A stretch of 64,000 nt of DNA from an uncultured Bacilli bacterium (GCA_934098735.1 CAKOOS010000005.1:4358-68357), one strand, 5' to 3'. Counted from the first letter of the stretch, positions 20,053 through 30,856 are shown. Notes: generated by a model from the sequence alone, not told the origin. Translations and numbers: made by a program.

Positions 20053-20958
20053 TTATAAAACAAGTTCTTTTTCAAAATCTGTCTCTTCAATTAATATTTC
20101 TAATAAATATTGAGGAACTCCTTCAATATAATCATCCATAATAACTTTTTTTAAGAAGGCTTTATCCAAATTACCTGTTTTAATATAATTGGTAAAGCAT
20201 TCATGATAGTAAATAGATTTATCTACTTCATAACGTGCAATATGTTCTGTTATTTTTTGTTCATTTAATTCTTTAAATACTACTAGATCTCTTGTACTTT
20301 TGTTTAAAAGATTTCTATTTTTAAAAGAATTTAATATATCACAAGCTTCCATTTCTACAAATAACATACAAGTTTTTTTATAATCAACAATTGCTTTTAG
20401 TTGTTCATAATCCTTTTCATTTTCTAATATATTTTTTTCCTTAAATAGTTCGCTTACTTTTTTGGGTGAAACAACTACTCTAGATAATCTTTTTTCATTA
20501 TCAATATCCAATTTATTTATATTCTTTAATTGTTCTTTTATTTCACTTATAATCAGATTAAGTTTACTTTGAATACTTACTATAATATTTTCATCATTAA
20601 GTATCCTTTGTTGACATAAATAATAATCTCCTTGTTTTTTTTCAATAATATTTTTAAGTTGACTTGCTCTGGAAGCTAAATCAATTATTTTAACAAAATC
20701 TTGTTTTTCTAAACAAGCTTGTAAATCCATTAAAATATCATTAAATTCTATTATTTCCGTTGATAATTTTTTATTTTGTGATTTTATTTGCATATTAATG
20801 CTATCTTTATTTCTAAATTCAATATCTTTTACGCATTCAAAATACTCATTTAATATATTAACTAATTTTTGGTATTCACACTCTATCTTCGGAGAAATTA
20901 TCGTCTTATAAGCCAGTTCAAAAACTTGAACTTTTTTATACGAACCATCTAAGTCCAT
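20053..20958 (-). CDS. Hypothetical protein of about 301 aa, predicted helical/coiled-coil-rich
   Basis: Long clean ORF with no recognisable catalytic motif. The start was trimmed to the second Met. Confidence 0.4.
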   Translation of the reverse strand: MDLDGSYKKVQVFELAYKTIISPKIECEYQKLVNILNEYFECVKDIEFRNKDSINMQIKSQNKKLSTEIIEFNDILMDLQACLEKQDFVKIIDLASRASQLKNIIEKKQGDYYLCQQRILNDENIIVSIQSKLNLIISEIKEQLKNINKLDIDNEKRLSRVVVSPKKVSELFKEKNILENEKDYEQLKAIVDYKKTCMLFVEMEACDILNSFKNRNLLNKSTRDLVVFKELNEQKITEHIARYEVDKSIYYHECFTNYIKTGNLDKAFLKKVIMDDYIEGVPQYLLEILIEETDFEKELVL

Positions 20959-21009
20959 ATAGTTCACCTCGAGAAAAGAATAGCACAATAGAATAATTAA
21001 AGCAAGTAA

Positions 21010-21525
21010 TTATCCTACATCTATTTTATCAACTAATAATTTAGCTATAAATTTACCAAGGTTTAAATCTATTTCTTTAGCATCATCCACTAATATAACT
21101 AGTCCAAGAGAATCACTTTCAACAATTATTGGAACAAATCCTACATATCCTTTAATACTAAAATCATCAAAATTAATATCAATTAAATCACCTGAGATAT
21201 ACATCTCTCTATTATCTATATAAAACTTCATTTTTTCATTTATTTTTTTCTTTAAAATGCCTGTTAAAAAAGAAGATGCTATAACCTTTTCTCTATCCGT
21301 AATAATTACATTTATTTTATAAATATTATAAATTGATTCGCATAATTTTTTGCTTAATTGTTCATATTTTTCCATTATAAAATGTTTCTTCAATATTATA
21401 GAATCATTTTCCGTAAAAATTTCTAAACTTTCACCATCTCTAATCCCTAAATTTTTTCTTATTTCTTTTGGTATTACAATTCTTCCCAGTTCATCTATTT
21501 TTCTTGTTACACCAGTTGATTTCAA
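21010..21525 (-). CDS. spoVT: Stage V sporulation protein T (AbrB-family N-domain plus GAF-like domain)
   Basis: N-terminal swapped-hairpin 'TGVTRKIDELGRIVIPKEIRKNLGI...GESLEIF'; 171 aa; conserved position next to mfd; TTG start preceded by GGAGTG. Confidence 0.8.
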   Translation of the reverse strand: MKSTGVTRKIDELGRIVIPKEIRKNLGIRDGESLEIFTENDSIILKKHFIMEKYEQLSKKLCESIYNIYKINVIITDREKVIASSFLTGILKKKINEKMKFYIDNREMYISGDLIDINFDDFSIKGYVGFVPIIVESDSLGLVILVDDAKEIDLNLGKFIAKLLVDKIDVG

Positions 21526-21580
21526 TTATTTTTCACTCCACTTCACTATTTATTGTGGAATAATTTATATTTTTTATTCT

Positions 21581-24500
21581 TTAAAGTATTTTTTCAAGCA
21601 ATGAAACTAAATAAAATATAAAGTGCTTTTCTAAATTTTTAGTAAATAAAACTATAACAATTTTTTTATTTATATATTTAATATTAAAATATTTAGTTAA
21701 AGACATTGCTTCCATCAATAATTTATCACCTTTAATATTATCAGATACTTCTTCTGGTAAAGTTACCTCCACACTTCTATCAGTTTGAATTACATGTTTA
21801 ATATTATACTTTATTGCTAATTTTTCAAACCATTCTTCATACATATAAACAAGCATATCTTCTGTAACTTTTCCAAATCTATCTTCTAATTCATTTTTAA
21901 TTTCTAGAAGTTTATCATAAGAATCAATTTCATTAATTTTTTGATGAATTTCTATCTTTATATCTTCATCACTTACATAATCATCACTAATATGAGTAGA
22001 AACATTTAATAATGCTTGCTCATCTTCATCTTCTTCTATTACCTCTCCCTGTTGACGCTTAATTTCATCTTCAACCATTTTCATATATAAACTAATTCCC
22101 ACACTATCAACAAAACCAGCTTGAGAAGCTCCAAATATATCTCCAGCCCCTCTTAAATTTAAATCACGCATTGCAATTCTATATCCACTTCCAAGTTCAG
22201 TAAATTCTTTAATAGTATTTAACCGTTTAATTGCTATATCATTTAACATTTTATTTTTTTCATACATCAAATAAGCATAAGCCATTCGATCACTTCTACC
22301 GACTCTTCCTCTAATTTGATAAAGCTGACTTAGTCCAAAATTTTCAGCATCATGAATTATCAAAGTATTAACATTTGGTATATCAATTCCACTTTCTATT
22401 ATAGTAGTACATATAAGAATATCATATTCATTATTTATAAATGCAGTCATTATATTATCAAGCTCATCTTTTTCCATCTTCCCGTGAGCAAATATTATTC
22501 TTGCACTTGGCACCAAAGATTTTATATGATTCATATATTTTTCAATAGTTTCTACTCTATTATAAAGCATAAAAACTTGACCATTACGCGATAACTCTTT
22601 ATAAATAGCATCTTTTATTAAAAAATCATCTTCACAAACAACATACGTTTGAACTGGATATCTATTTACTGGAGGTGTATCAATAACTGATAAGTCACGA
22701 AGACCTGACATGGCCATTTTTAATGTCCGAGGAATTGGTGTAGCACTTAAAGTTAAAACATTAATATCATTTTTATATTGTTTTATTTTTTCTTTGTGAG
22801 TTACCCCAAATCTTTGTTCTTCATCAACAACCATCATACCTAACTTTTTACATTTTACATCATCACTTAATATTCGATGTGTACCAAATAAAATATCTAT
22901 TTTACCTTTTTGCAAATTATCTAGTATTTCTTTTGCCTTTTTATTAGAAACATGTCTATTTAATAATTCAATTTCAATTGGCCAATTTTTAAATCTTTCT
23001 TTAGCTACGTTATATTGTTGCTTAGATAATATTGTTGTAGGACATAAATATAAAACTTGTTCATTATTTAAAACTGCTTTAAACATAGCACGCATTGCTA
23101 CTTCAGTTTTACCAAAACCTACATCTCCACAAAGAAGTCTATCCATTGGTACTGTGCTTGTAAGGTCTTTATTTATCTCGTTAATACTTTTTTGTTGATC
23201 TTTAGTCAAATTATATTTAAACTCACTAGCAAAAACTAATTCTTCAGGATAATCTTTATATGGATTTTTTTTAAGCTCTAATCTTTTTTTATAAAGTCTT
23301 ATTAATTCAGCAGATATATCTTTTACTTTTTCAGAAATATACTTTTTTGTTTTTTCCCAATTTCCACTTCCAAGTTTATTTAATTTTGGAACACTTCCAT
23401 CTTTTCCAGTATATTTATAAATTAAATTTATTTTCTCAACAGGAACATAAATTTTATCAGTTCCTGCATAATTAATCATTAAATAATCTTTTTGAACACC
23501 TCGAACAGTTAGTGTTTTAATTCCTTGATATACCCCTATTCCATGGGAAACATGAACAACATAGTCACCATTTTCTAATTGATTAAAATCTTTAATTCTT
23601 TTACCAATATGAAAATTGTTTTTATAATTTCCACCTACAGAAGTAGTTTTTTCTATGTCATGGGAAGATATTACTACATATTTATCTAATATAAATCCAT
23701 TACTTAACTTACGTTTTATTATTTTTGCATCTGGAATTAATTCTAATATTTTTTCTTTTTCTTTATCATTTTCTAAATAAAAATAAACTTCTTTTCCACT
23801 TGAAATCCATTTATCATAATTTGCAACGAGTGCAACAAAATCTTCATTATAATTAATAAGTCGTTGTGCTTTTAAATCATATTCTCCTGATGAAAATAAA
23901 TTTATATATATTCTATCAAAGTCTTTAATTTGATCTAATTCATACATCAAAGAAGACTCTATATTTTTGCTCTCTTTATATTCAACAACATCATCAAGAA
24001 GCTTTAAATATGAAGCATCAATTTGGGTTTTATCAATATAAGCTACGATAGGATTTTCTAAATAATCATACAAAGAATTATGAGAAAAATCCATTATCTC
24101 ATCTATAGCTTTAATAGTTATCTTATCTATTTTTTTTGTAGAAAACTGAGTATTTTCATCAAAATACTTTATACTTTCAACAGTATTGCCATCAAATTCA
24201 ATCCGAATTGGATGAACTTCATCTATTGGATAGATATCTATCAAAAAACCACGAACAGCATATTCACCACTTGCAGTTACCAAAGATTCACGTCGATAGC
24301 CTAATTTTTCTAAGGATTCTAAAATACTATCTCTTTTATAATTATCATTTGTGTTGATAAGTAAGGTATTATCAACATTTTTGTTAGGTAAAAATTTTAA
24401 ATATCCCATTAAATTAGTAACTATTATTTTAGGAGTATTACTGAATTTTATATTATCCAATGTTTCGAGTCTTTTGTACTTTAATTCTGGACTTGATGCC

Positions 24501-24730
24501 ACAACCATTGAAGACAAAAAATCATCCATTGGAAATAAAAGAGCTTGCAATTCATTACTTTCAAATTCATTATAAATCTTATTTGCTTCATATAAAGAAC
24601 TAGTTAAAACAATAATATTACGCTTATGTTTTTGTTGCAATTTAGTCAAATAAAAAACATTTAACTGTTCTGTTAAACCTGATATTTCTGTACCAATTTC
24701 ATATTTAAAATAATTATCTAAAAAATCCAT
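21581..24730 (-). CDS. mfd: Transcription-repair coupling factor
   Basis: Superfamily-2 helicase motifs ('GDVGFGKTEVA', 'VVDEEQRFG', 'QLYQIRGRVGR') and a TRCF architecture of 1049 aa. Confidence 0.9.
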   Translation of the reverse strand: MDFLDNYFKYEIGTEISGLTEQLNVFYLTKLQQKHKRNIIVLTSSLYEANKIYNEFESNELQALLFPMDDFLSSMVVASSPELKYKRLETLDNIKFSNTPKIIVTNLMGYLKFLPNKNVDNTLLINTNDNYKRDSILESLEKLGYRRESLVTASGEYAVRGFLIDIYPIDEVHPIRIEFDGNTVESIKYFDENTQFSTKKIDKITIKAIDEIMDFSHNSLYDYLENPIVAYIDKTQIDASYLKLLDDVVEYKESKNIESSLMYELDQIKDFDRIYINLFSSGEYDLKAQRLINYNEDFVALVANYDKWISSGKEVYFYLENDKEKEKILELIPDAKIIKRKLSNGFILDKYVVISSHDIEKTTSVGGNYKNNFHIGKRIKDFNQLENGDYVVHVSHGIGVYQGIKTLTVRGVQKDYLMINYAGTDKIYVPVEKINLIYKYTGKDGSVPKLNKLGSGNWEKTKKYISEKVKDISAELIRLYKKRLELKKNPYKDYPEELVFASEFKYNLTKDQQKSINEINKDLTSTVPMDRLLCGDVGFGKTEVAMRAMFKAVLNNEQVLYLCPTTILSKQQYNVAKERFKNWPIEIELLNRHVSNKKAKEILDNLQKGKIDILFGTHRILSDDVKCKKLGMMVVDEEQRFGVTHKEKIKQYKNDINVLTLSATPIPRTLKMAMSGLRDLSVIDTPPVNRYPVQTYVVCEDDFLIKDAIYKELSRNGQVFMLYNRVETIEKYMNHIKSLVPSARIIFAHGKMEKDELDNIMTAFINNEYDILICTTIIESGIDIPNVNTLIIHDAENFGLSQLYQIRGRVGRSDRMAYAYLMYEKNKMLNDIAIKRLNTIKEFTELGSGYRIAMRDLNLRGAGDIFGASQAGFVDSVGISLYMKMVEDEIKRQQGEVIEEDEDEQALLNVSTHISDDYVSDEDIKIEIHQKINEIDSYDKLLEIKNELEDRFGKVTEDMLVYMYEEWFEKLAIKYNIKHVIQTDRSVEVTLPEEVSDNIKGDKLLMEAMSLTKYFNIKYINKKIVIVLFTKNLEKHFIFYLVSLLEKIL

Positions 24731-24736
24731 ATTTCC

Positions 24737-25288
24737 TCATTTAGTATTATAAACATTCATTGTTTTATCTATCCCATTTATTACAAAAGATTCAATTATT
24801 TCATTAAATATACCCATGTTTTTATTTAAAACATTCATTTCATCTTTACTAAATTTTCCTAGCACAAAATCAATAACATCCTTTTTTTGATTATTTTTTA
24901 TTCCAATTTTTAATCTAGCAAAATCTTTAGAATTTAAAGCCGAAATTATAGATTTAATACCATTATGGCCACCACTTGAAGAATTAGTTTTCAATTTGTA
25001 CCGACCTATTTCTTCATCTAAATCATCCTGAATAATTAAGATATTGTTAATATCAATATTAAAATATTTTACAAATTGTTCAACTGCTAAGCCCGAATTA
25101 TTCATATAAGTTTCTGGTTTAACAAATATTACTTTTTCATTATTAATTAATCTAGTACAGTATTTTGCATTAAACTTGTTAGACCATATTTCTCCTTGCA
25201 AATAATTATCCAATATCATAAAGCCTACATTGTGTCTTGTTTTATCATATTCTTTTCCAGGATTTCCTAAACCAACTATTAGTTTCAT
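24737..25288 (-). CDS. pth: Peptidyl-tRNA hydrolase
   Basis: 'LIVGLGNPG...YDKTRHNVGF' N-terminus. Confidence 0.9.
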   Translation of the reverse strand: MKLIVGLGNPGKEYDKTRHNVGFMILDNYLQGEIWSNKFNAKYCTRLINNEKVIFVKPETYMNNSGLAVEQFVKYFNIDINNILIIQDDLDEEIGRYKLKTNSSSGGHNGIKSIISALNSKDFARLKIGIKNNQKKDVIDFVLGKFSKDEMNVLNKNMGIFNEIIESFVINGIDKTMNVYNTK

Positions 25289-25290
25289 AA

Positions 25291-26007
25291 TTACCTTCCT
25301 TCAAACAAGTGTTGATAAGTAGATAATTTATCAACACAAATTATATTTTTTATTTTTACTCCATCCTTTGAGTTTTTAACACATTTACATAAAACCGTAT
25401 TAGGATCACTATTTTTTTTAGTACTTATTAATTGTATTTCTTTAACATTTAAATTATTTTTCTTAGCCAAAGCAATAATTTCATCTAATCTATTAGATCT
25501 ATGTACTAAATAAAAAACTCCATTATCTTTTAAATAATCCTTAGCAATCAAAAATATATCTTTTAAAGTAATTTTTATTTCATGTCTAGCAATCAAAAGC
25601 ATTTCATTTTTGTTAACAAAACCATCTTCCTTTGTATTAAAATACGGTGGATTACAAGTAATAACATCAAAACTATTTTTAGCATAATAATTATTTATAT
25701 TTTTTATATCATCATTAATAATTTTTATTTGCTTATCTAATTTATTTATAATAACCGATTCATTAGCCAACAAAGCTATTTCTTTTTGAATCTCAAAACC
25801 TACAATATTTGCATTTGTTTTCAAGGATAACACTAAAGGTATCGGTGCATTACCTGTACACATATCTAAAATATTTTTATCACTTTTTTGACATTTTACG
25901 TATTCTGCTAAAAGCAAAGAATCTAAGGAAAATTTAAATCCATTTTGGATTTGCATAATATATCTATCTGGATAATCAAATAAATCATTTTTCACTTTTA
26001 AGATCAT
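25291..26007 (-). CDS. N6-adenine methyltransferase, probably tRNA1(Val) m6A37 methyltransferase (YabB/TrmN6-like)
   Basis: SAM-binding 'DMCTGNAPIPLVL' and the 'CNPPYF' (NPPY) motif. Confidence 0.6.
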   Translation of the reverse strand: MILKVKNDLFDYPDRYIMQIQNGFKFSLDSLLLAEYVKCQKSDKNILDMCTGNAPIPLVLSLKTNANIVGFEIQKEIALLANESVIINKLDKQIKIINDDIKNINNYYAKNSFDVITCNPPYFNTKEDGFVNKNEMLLIARHEIKITLKDIFLIAKDYLKDNGVFYLVHRSNRLDEIIALAKKNNLNVKEIQLISTKKNSDPNTVLCKCVKNSKDGVKIKNIICVDKLSTYQHLFEGR

Positions 26008-26767
26008 ACTCTATTTTTTCTCCATCCACTAAAACTTTATAACGTTCATTTAATATATCCACACTTACAACAGTTCCTTCACCATTTAAAGTTGATATTT
26101 TTTCACCTACTTTTGGTAATTTAGCGGAAGAAGCTACATATTGATCATCTTCATAAGAAAGACAACATAAAAGTCTACCACAAGCCCCATTAATTTTGTT
26201 AGGATTTAAAGCTAAATTTTGATTTTTTGCCATATTCATACTTATAGCATTTATTTTTTTCAAAAATCTAACACAACATAGCTTTCCACCACAAATACCA
26301 ATTCCTCCAACTTCTTTAGCTTTATCACGAGCTCCAATTTGGCGAAGTTCAATTCTCGTGTGATATATACTCGCTAATTTTTTAGCTAGTTCCCTAAAAT
26401 CAACACGACCATCAGCAGTAAAATTAAAAAGTAATTGTGTCTTATCTAAATTGTATTGAGCATTAATTACATTCATATCCAATTTCATATTTTTAACAAA
26501 CTCAATACACTTTTTTAAAGCTCTATCGGCATCTTTTAAATTATTTAGATAGTTATTGTAATCCTCTTCAGTTGCCTTTCTTTTTAATGAAGCATTATTT
26601 TCATCATTATTTTTAGATAATATTTGAACTATTTTTACTATTTGTTCACCAACATCACCATCAACAACTGCCAAAGAATTTATCTCAAAATCATCTTCAC
26701 TTTGAAAATAATAGACTTTGTTAGTCTCTTTAAATACTACGCCGTACATTTTATTCATTTTCTTCAC
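25985..26767 (-). CDS. yaaT: PSP1-domain protein YaaT/RicT (stage 0 sporulation)
   Basis: Cys-rich 'GICGGKLCCVRF' and 'GACGRLLCCLSYE' PSP1 C-terminal motifs; conserved holB-yaaT order. Confidence 0.8.
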   Translation of the reverse strand: MKKMNKMYGVVFKETNKVYYFQSEDDFEINSLAVVDGDVGEQIVKIVQILSKNNDENNASLKRKATEEDYNNYLNNLKDADRALKKCIEFVKNMKLDMNVINAQYNLDKTQLLFNFTADGRVDFRELAKKLASIYHTRIELRQIGARDKAKEVGGIGICGGKLCCVRFLKKINAISMNMAKNQNLALNPNKINGACGRLLCCLSYEDDQYVASSAKLPKVGEKISTLNGEGTVVSVDILNERYKVLVDGEKIEYDLKSEK

Positions 26768-27620
26768 CTAATTCTATTACAAAACGATCTAGTAACAATT
26801 CTACATTTGCATTCGTTTCAAGATTATCTATAAATTCTATTAACATATTTATTCTATTATTTACTTCAATAACATTTAATTTTTCTAAAAACTCTAATTT
26901 TAATTCGTTAAATTTATTATCTTGCTTTAATAACTTTTTTAAAAGCTCTGTATATACTAATAAAATTATTTGAAATATTTTTCTAATTTCATCTCTTTCT
27001 TTATAAACACTTAATAATACATCTTTATTATAAAGTATGTCATCCTTTTTTTCTACTTCAATCTTATATAAATAGGTACTAATTACATTCAGCATATCCA
27101 TATTTTCAGGAGCCAAAATTGTTCCAACATTTAACTCATGTTCATCATAAATAACTTTTAATACTTCGCATCTACTTCGAATTGTTGATATGACGTTATT
27201 TATATTATCAGTTATAAAAAATCCTATTATATGATCTTCTGGCTCTTCAATAAATTTAAGCATTGTATTAGCAGAAGAATCAGTTAGTTTTTCTGCTCTT
27301 TTTATTATGTATATATTTTCTTTTGTATAAATAGGTATTGTTCCAAATTCCCTTTTTAATTCCAATATTTGTTCTTTTTTTATTGAATTACCTATAGGTT
27401 CAATAACTTTAAATGTTGGCAAATAATCTTGATCTATTAAATTACATATATTACAACAAGTACAATCATTTTCAAAATTGTTTGGACAACATATTTTTTT
27501 TACTATAAGTTTTAAATCTTCAAAACATTTTTGTAAGTTATTTGTTTCAAGCAAATAAGCATGAGATATTTTATTCTCATGATAATAATCTACTAATTTT
27601 TCTAATACCGCTACTCCCAC
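26751..27620 (-). CDS. holB: DNA polymerase III delta-prime subunit
   Basis: 'HAYLLE' N-terminal motif with a degenerate P-loop, a zinc module 'CCPNNFENDCTCCNICN' and an 'SRC'-type sensor motif. Confidence 0.75.
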   Translation of the reverse strand: MGVAVLEKLVDYYHENKISHAYLLETNNLQKCFEDLKLIVKKICCPNNFENDCTCCNICNLIDQDYLPTFKVIEPIGNSIKKEQILELKREFGTIPIYTKENIYIIKRAEKLTDSSANTMLKFIEEPEDHIIGFFITDNINNVISTIRSRCEVLKVIYDEHELNVGTILAPENMDMLNVISTYLYKIEVEKKDDILYNKDVLLSVYKERDEIRKIFQIILLVYTELLKKLLKQDNKFNELKLEFLEKLNVIEVNNRINMLIEFIDNLETNANVELLLDRFVIELGEENE

Positions 27621-27628
27621 AATTCCTC

Positions 27629-27817
27629 CTATAATAAAACAAAATATATTGCTATTAATGCCAATAATCCACTCATTCCTAAAGTAGAAACAACTCCTAC
27701 CGTAATAAAATTTATTGGAATAAATATTTTTAATCCGGTAGCAATTAAATTAAATGCATAAACTAAACAAATAGCAAACACTACTCTCTTAATTACTGTA
27801 AATATTATCTTTTTCAT
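27629..27817 (-). CDS. bofA: Pro-sigma-K processing inhibitor BofA
   Basis: Small two-TM protein. 'FIPINFITVGVVSTLGMSGLLALIAI' parallels the conserved C-terminal half of BofA; it follows recR as in Bacillus. Confidence 0.6.
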   Translation of the reverse strand: MKKIIFTVIKRVVFAICLVYAFNLIATGLKIFIPINFITVGVVSTLGMSGLLALIAIYFVLL

Positions 27818-27853
27818 ATATTCCTCACCAAAATATATGAATTAACCAATAAT

Positions 27854-28468
27854 TTATTCACTTATCTTCTTTCGATCTTCTAAAGCCTTATCTAGAGTAA
27901 TTATATCCAAATAATCTATCTCAGCTCCCATAGGAATACCATAAGATAACCTAGATATTAAAACATTGCGATGCTCAAAAATTTTCTTTATATATAACGT
28001 CGTAGTTTCTCCTTCTACAGTTGATTTTAAAGCCAATATTAATTCTGGATTTTCTAATTTTTCAACTCTTTTTACTAAACTCGCTAAATTTATATTTTCT
28101 GGTCCAATATTATCTGCAGGACTTATAAGGCCATTTAAAACATGATAAACACCATTATAATTACCAACTTTTTCAAATGAAAAAACACTTTTAGAATCCT
28201 CAATAACACATATTATATTTTGGTTTCTCGACTCATTTGCACAAATATTACAAATGTCATACTCTGTTAAATGTCCACAGATACTACATTTATGGATCTT
28301 CTTTATATCATTTAGACTATGAGAAAAATTATCTAAATCTTCTTCTTTAAAGTTTAATGTTGCTAAAGCCAATCGTTCTGCGTTTTTTTCACCTATTCCA
28401 GGCAATTTTTTATAATAATTAATTAATTTTTCAAGTGATTCAGGATAAATCATATTAGAATAATCCAC
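27854..28468 (-). CDS. recR: Recombination protein RecR
   Basis: HhH motif, C4 zinc finger 'CSICGHLTEYDICNIC' and a Toprim domain. Confidence 0.9.
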   Translation of the reverse strand: MDYSNMIYPESLEKLINYYKKLPGIGEKNAERLALATLNFKEEDLDNFSHSLNDIKKIHKCSICGHLTEYDICNICANESRNQNIICVIEDSKSVFSFEKVGNYNGVYHVLNGLISPADNIGPENINLASLVKRVEKLENPELILALKSTVEGETTTLYIKKIFEHRNVLISRLSYGIPMGAEIDYLDIITLDKALEDRKKISE

Positions 28469-28751
28469 TCATTGAAGCATATTGACCAAGTTTATTTTCT
28501 GTTTCTTTATCTATTTTAGAAAAAGCATCTTTCATAGCAATTAAAATCATATCTTCTAGCATTTCTTTATCATCATTATCAATAGTGCCATCTTTTAAAA
28601 TTTTAAATGCTTTAATATCTTTTTTACCATTAAATGTTATTTCTACCCATTCACTTTTTCCTGTAAATTCCATGGCATCTAATTCTTCTTTTTTCTTTGT
28701 AATATCTCTTTGCATTCTTTGAGCTTGTTGCATAATTTGTTGCATATTCAT
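28455..28751 (-). CDS. ybaB: Nucleoid-associated protein YbaB/EbfC
   Basis: 98 aa with the 'MQQAQRMQ' N-terminus, between dnaX and recR. Confidence 0.85.
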   Translation of the reverse strand: MNMQQIMQQAQRMQRDITKKKEELDAMEFTGKSEWVEITFNGKKDIKAFKILKDGTIDNDDKEMLEDMILIAMKDAFSKIDKETENKLGQYASMSGLF

Positions 28752-28768
28752 ATTAAATTCCTTCTTTC

Positions 28769-30361
28769 CTATTCAATTTCTATTTTATCTATATCAAATA
28801 CATCTGCTAAATCAGATATATCCATAGTTTCTTTTTGTTCTTTTTCTTCAATATAAGTATATTTATAACCATTTCTAAGATTCTTTATATATTTATTTTT
28901 TTCATCTTGCCATCTATCAGGGTTTATAAATATTAACTTAATATCATCACTACCATATTCCATAAACTTTTTTTCTATCTCTTTAATCTTTTCATTTATT
29001 TCATTTTCTCTATGAGGAAGTAATGATTCTACAACTGCATATTTATTAGACGCAGCTACAACTTCTGTATCACTTATTAAGCCTTTAATAACTGCATCAT
29101 CAACTGATTTAATAAATTCTATCCATTTTAATTTTATATAAACCAAAGCTTCCTTTGTTGCTTCAACAAAACAGTTATTAACTCTAGTTTCAATAAATTT
29201 ATCAATTTTATCTATTTCTAATTTTTTTTCACTGTTATCTTTTGGCTTATTTAAAGGCTGTTTCATTAGTTCATTTTTTTCATTTTTATTAAAATTTATA
29301 CTATTTTCAAAAGTATCTACTTTTTTTATTTTATATTCACTTTCTACGTAATTTAAAATAATCATTTTTATAAGTAAATATGGGTTAACATTAATATTTA
29401 TTTTATTTAAAATATCATTTAATTCTATGACTAATTTTTTACATGTATCATAACTTATATTCCAATCATCTTTTCCTCTTAAAATATCACTACCAACTTC
29501 ACTTAGTTCATATATAAGTTTTTTAACTACAACTTTATAATTCAAACTCGAATTACTTAAATCATTAAAAATAACTTCTAGTTTTTCTATATCATTTATA
29601 TTCAAGTATTTTATTATATCCTTTATCTTTTGGTTAGAAATACTTCCTATTTCATTTGTAACTAGCTCCACATTTATTTTAGTATCATTTTTTGATAATT
29701 GATCTAATATACTTAAAGCATCACGTAATCCACCATCAGCCAATATAGCTATTTCTTTCAAACCATCAAGTTCATAAGATATATTTTCTTCTTTGCAAAT
29801 ATATTCTAATCTATCAATAATGTCTTTTTCATTTATTTTTCTAAAATCGAATCGTTGACATCTTGATAAAATAGTTATCGGCACGCTTTCTAAATTTGTC
29901 GTTGCTAATATAAATATTACATGTTCAGGTGGTTCTTCTAAAGTAAGCAATAAAGCATTAAATGCACTTTGACTAAGCATGTGAACTTCATCAATTATAT
30001 AAATTTTATATTTTAAACTCGTTGGCATAATTTTTACATTGTTGATAAGTTCTCTGATTTCTTCAACACCATTGTTTGAAGCGGCATCTATTTCAATTAT
30101 ATCTGGATTTGTTCCAAAAGATTTACAGTTTTCACACTCTTCACAAGCTACGCCATTTTTATTATTTAAGCAATTAATTGTTTTGGCTAAAATTCTTGCT
30201 GTTGAGGTTTTTCCAGTGCCTCTAGGGCCAGAAAATAAATAAGCATGAGCCACTTTGTTTTCTTTAATAGAATTTTTAAGTATTTCTACGACATGTTTTT
30301 GGCCTATCAAAGAATCAAAATTATTTGGTCTATATTTTCGATAAAGTACTTTATAATTCAT
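28769..30361 (-). CDS. dnaX: DNA polymerase III subunits tau/gamma
   Basis: Walker A 'GPRGTGKTS', a zinc module 'CEECENC' and 'LDGG' sensor motifs. Confidence 0.9.
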   Translation of the reverse strand: MNYKVLYRKYRPNNFDSLIGQKHVVEILKNSIKENKVAHAYLFSGPRGTGKTSTARILAKTINCLNNKNGVACEECENCKSFGTNPDIIEIDAASNNGVEEIRELINNVKIMPTSLKYKIYIIDEVHMLSQSAFNALLLTLEEPPEHVIFILATTNLESVPITILSRCQRFDFRKINEKDIIDRLEYICKEENISYELDGLKEIAILADGGLRDALSILDQLSKNDTKINVELVTNEIGSISNQKIKDIIKYLNINDIEKLEVIFNDLSNSSLNYKVVVKKLIYELSEVGSDILRGKDDWNISYDTCKKLVIELNDILNKININVNPYLLIKMIILNYVESEYKIKKVDTFENSINFNKNEKNELMKQPLNKPKDNSEKKLEIDKIDKFIETRVNNCFVEATKEALVYIKLKWIEFIKSVDDAVIKGLISDTEVVAASNKYAVVESLLPHRENEINEKIKEIEKKFMEYGSDDIKLIFINPDRWQDEKNKYIKNLRNGYKYTYIEEKEQKETMDISDLADVFDIDKIEIE

Positions 30362-30391
30362 ATAAACACCTCAGTAGTTAGTATATCATAT

Positions 30392-30820
30392 TTACTGTTT
30401 TTTTGCTCTTAATTTTTTAAAAAAAGATGATAAAATTTGTTGATATTTTTTTTCATATATTTCAGCATTTATTTTATTAAATTTTGTTTTAGTATATTCT
30501 TTTTTTATTAAAGGCTTATCAAGCAAATAATAGACAGTATCAATTCTTGATTGTTGAATAACTTCATAACACATAGAGCAAGGTTTTAATGTAACATATA
30601 TTTCACAATCATTTAAATTCCATCTCTTTAATTTTTTACTTGCTTTTACTATAGCATTTATTTCAGCATGGCCTAAAACATTCTTATGTTTTTCTCTTGT
30701 ATTCACGGACTTAGCTATGATCTTTTGATTACATGTAATGACAGCCATAACTGGAATATCTCTTGATTTTTTTTTCTTATTTAAAGCTTCAATCATTAAT
30801 TTTATTATATCTTCTTGCAT
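30392..30820 (-). CDS. tadA: tRNA-specific adenosine(34) deaminase
   Basis: CDA-fold zinc motifs 'HAE' and 'PCSMC'. The start was set to the Met preceded by GAAAAGAAGG; the track ORF extension would overlap the RBS. Confidence 0.8.
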   Translation of the reverse strand: MQEDIIKLMIEALNKKKKSRDIPVMAVITCNQKIIAKSVNTREKHKNVLGHAEINAIVKASKKLKRWNLNDCEIYVTLKPCSMCYEVIQQSRIDTVYYLLDKPLIKKEYTKTKFNKINAEIYEKKYQQILSSFFKKLRAKKQ

Positions 30821-30856
30821 AAAAACCTTCTTTTCACAAAAAAAGTGCACACAAAC

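Noticed and set aside
21526-21600. Possible sigma-G promoter upstream of spoVT (GAATA-N18-CACAATA)
   Set aside because: The -10 deviates from CATnnTA at a conserved position, so it is too weak to call from sequence alone
30821-30850. N-terminal extension MHFFCEKKVF of the tadA ORF in the track
   Set aside because: The extension would be translated across the gene's own Shine-Dalgarno (GAAAAGAAGG) and the SRP-RNA terminator. An internal Met with proper RBS spacing is the likely start
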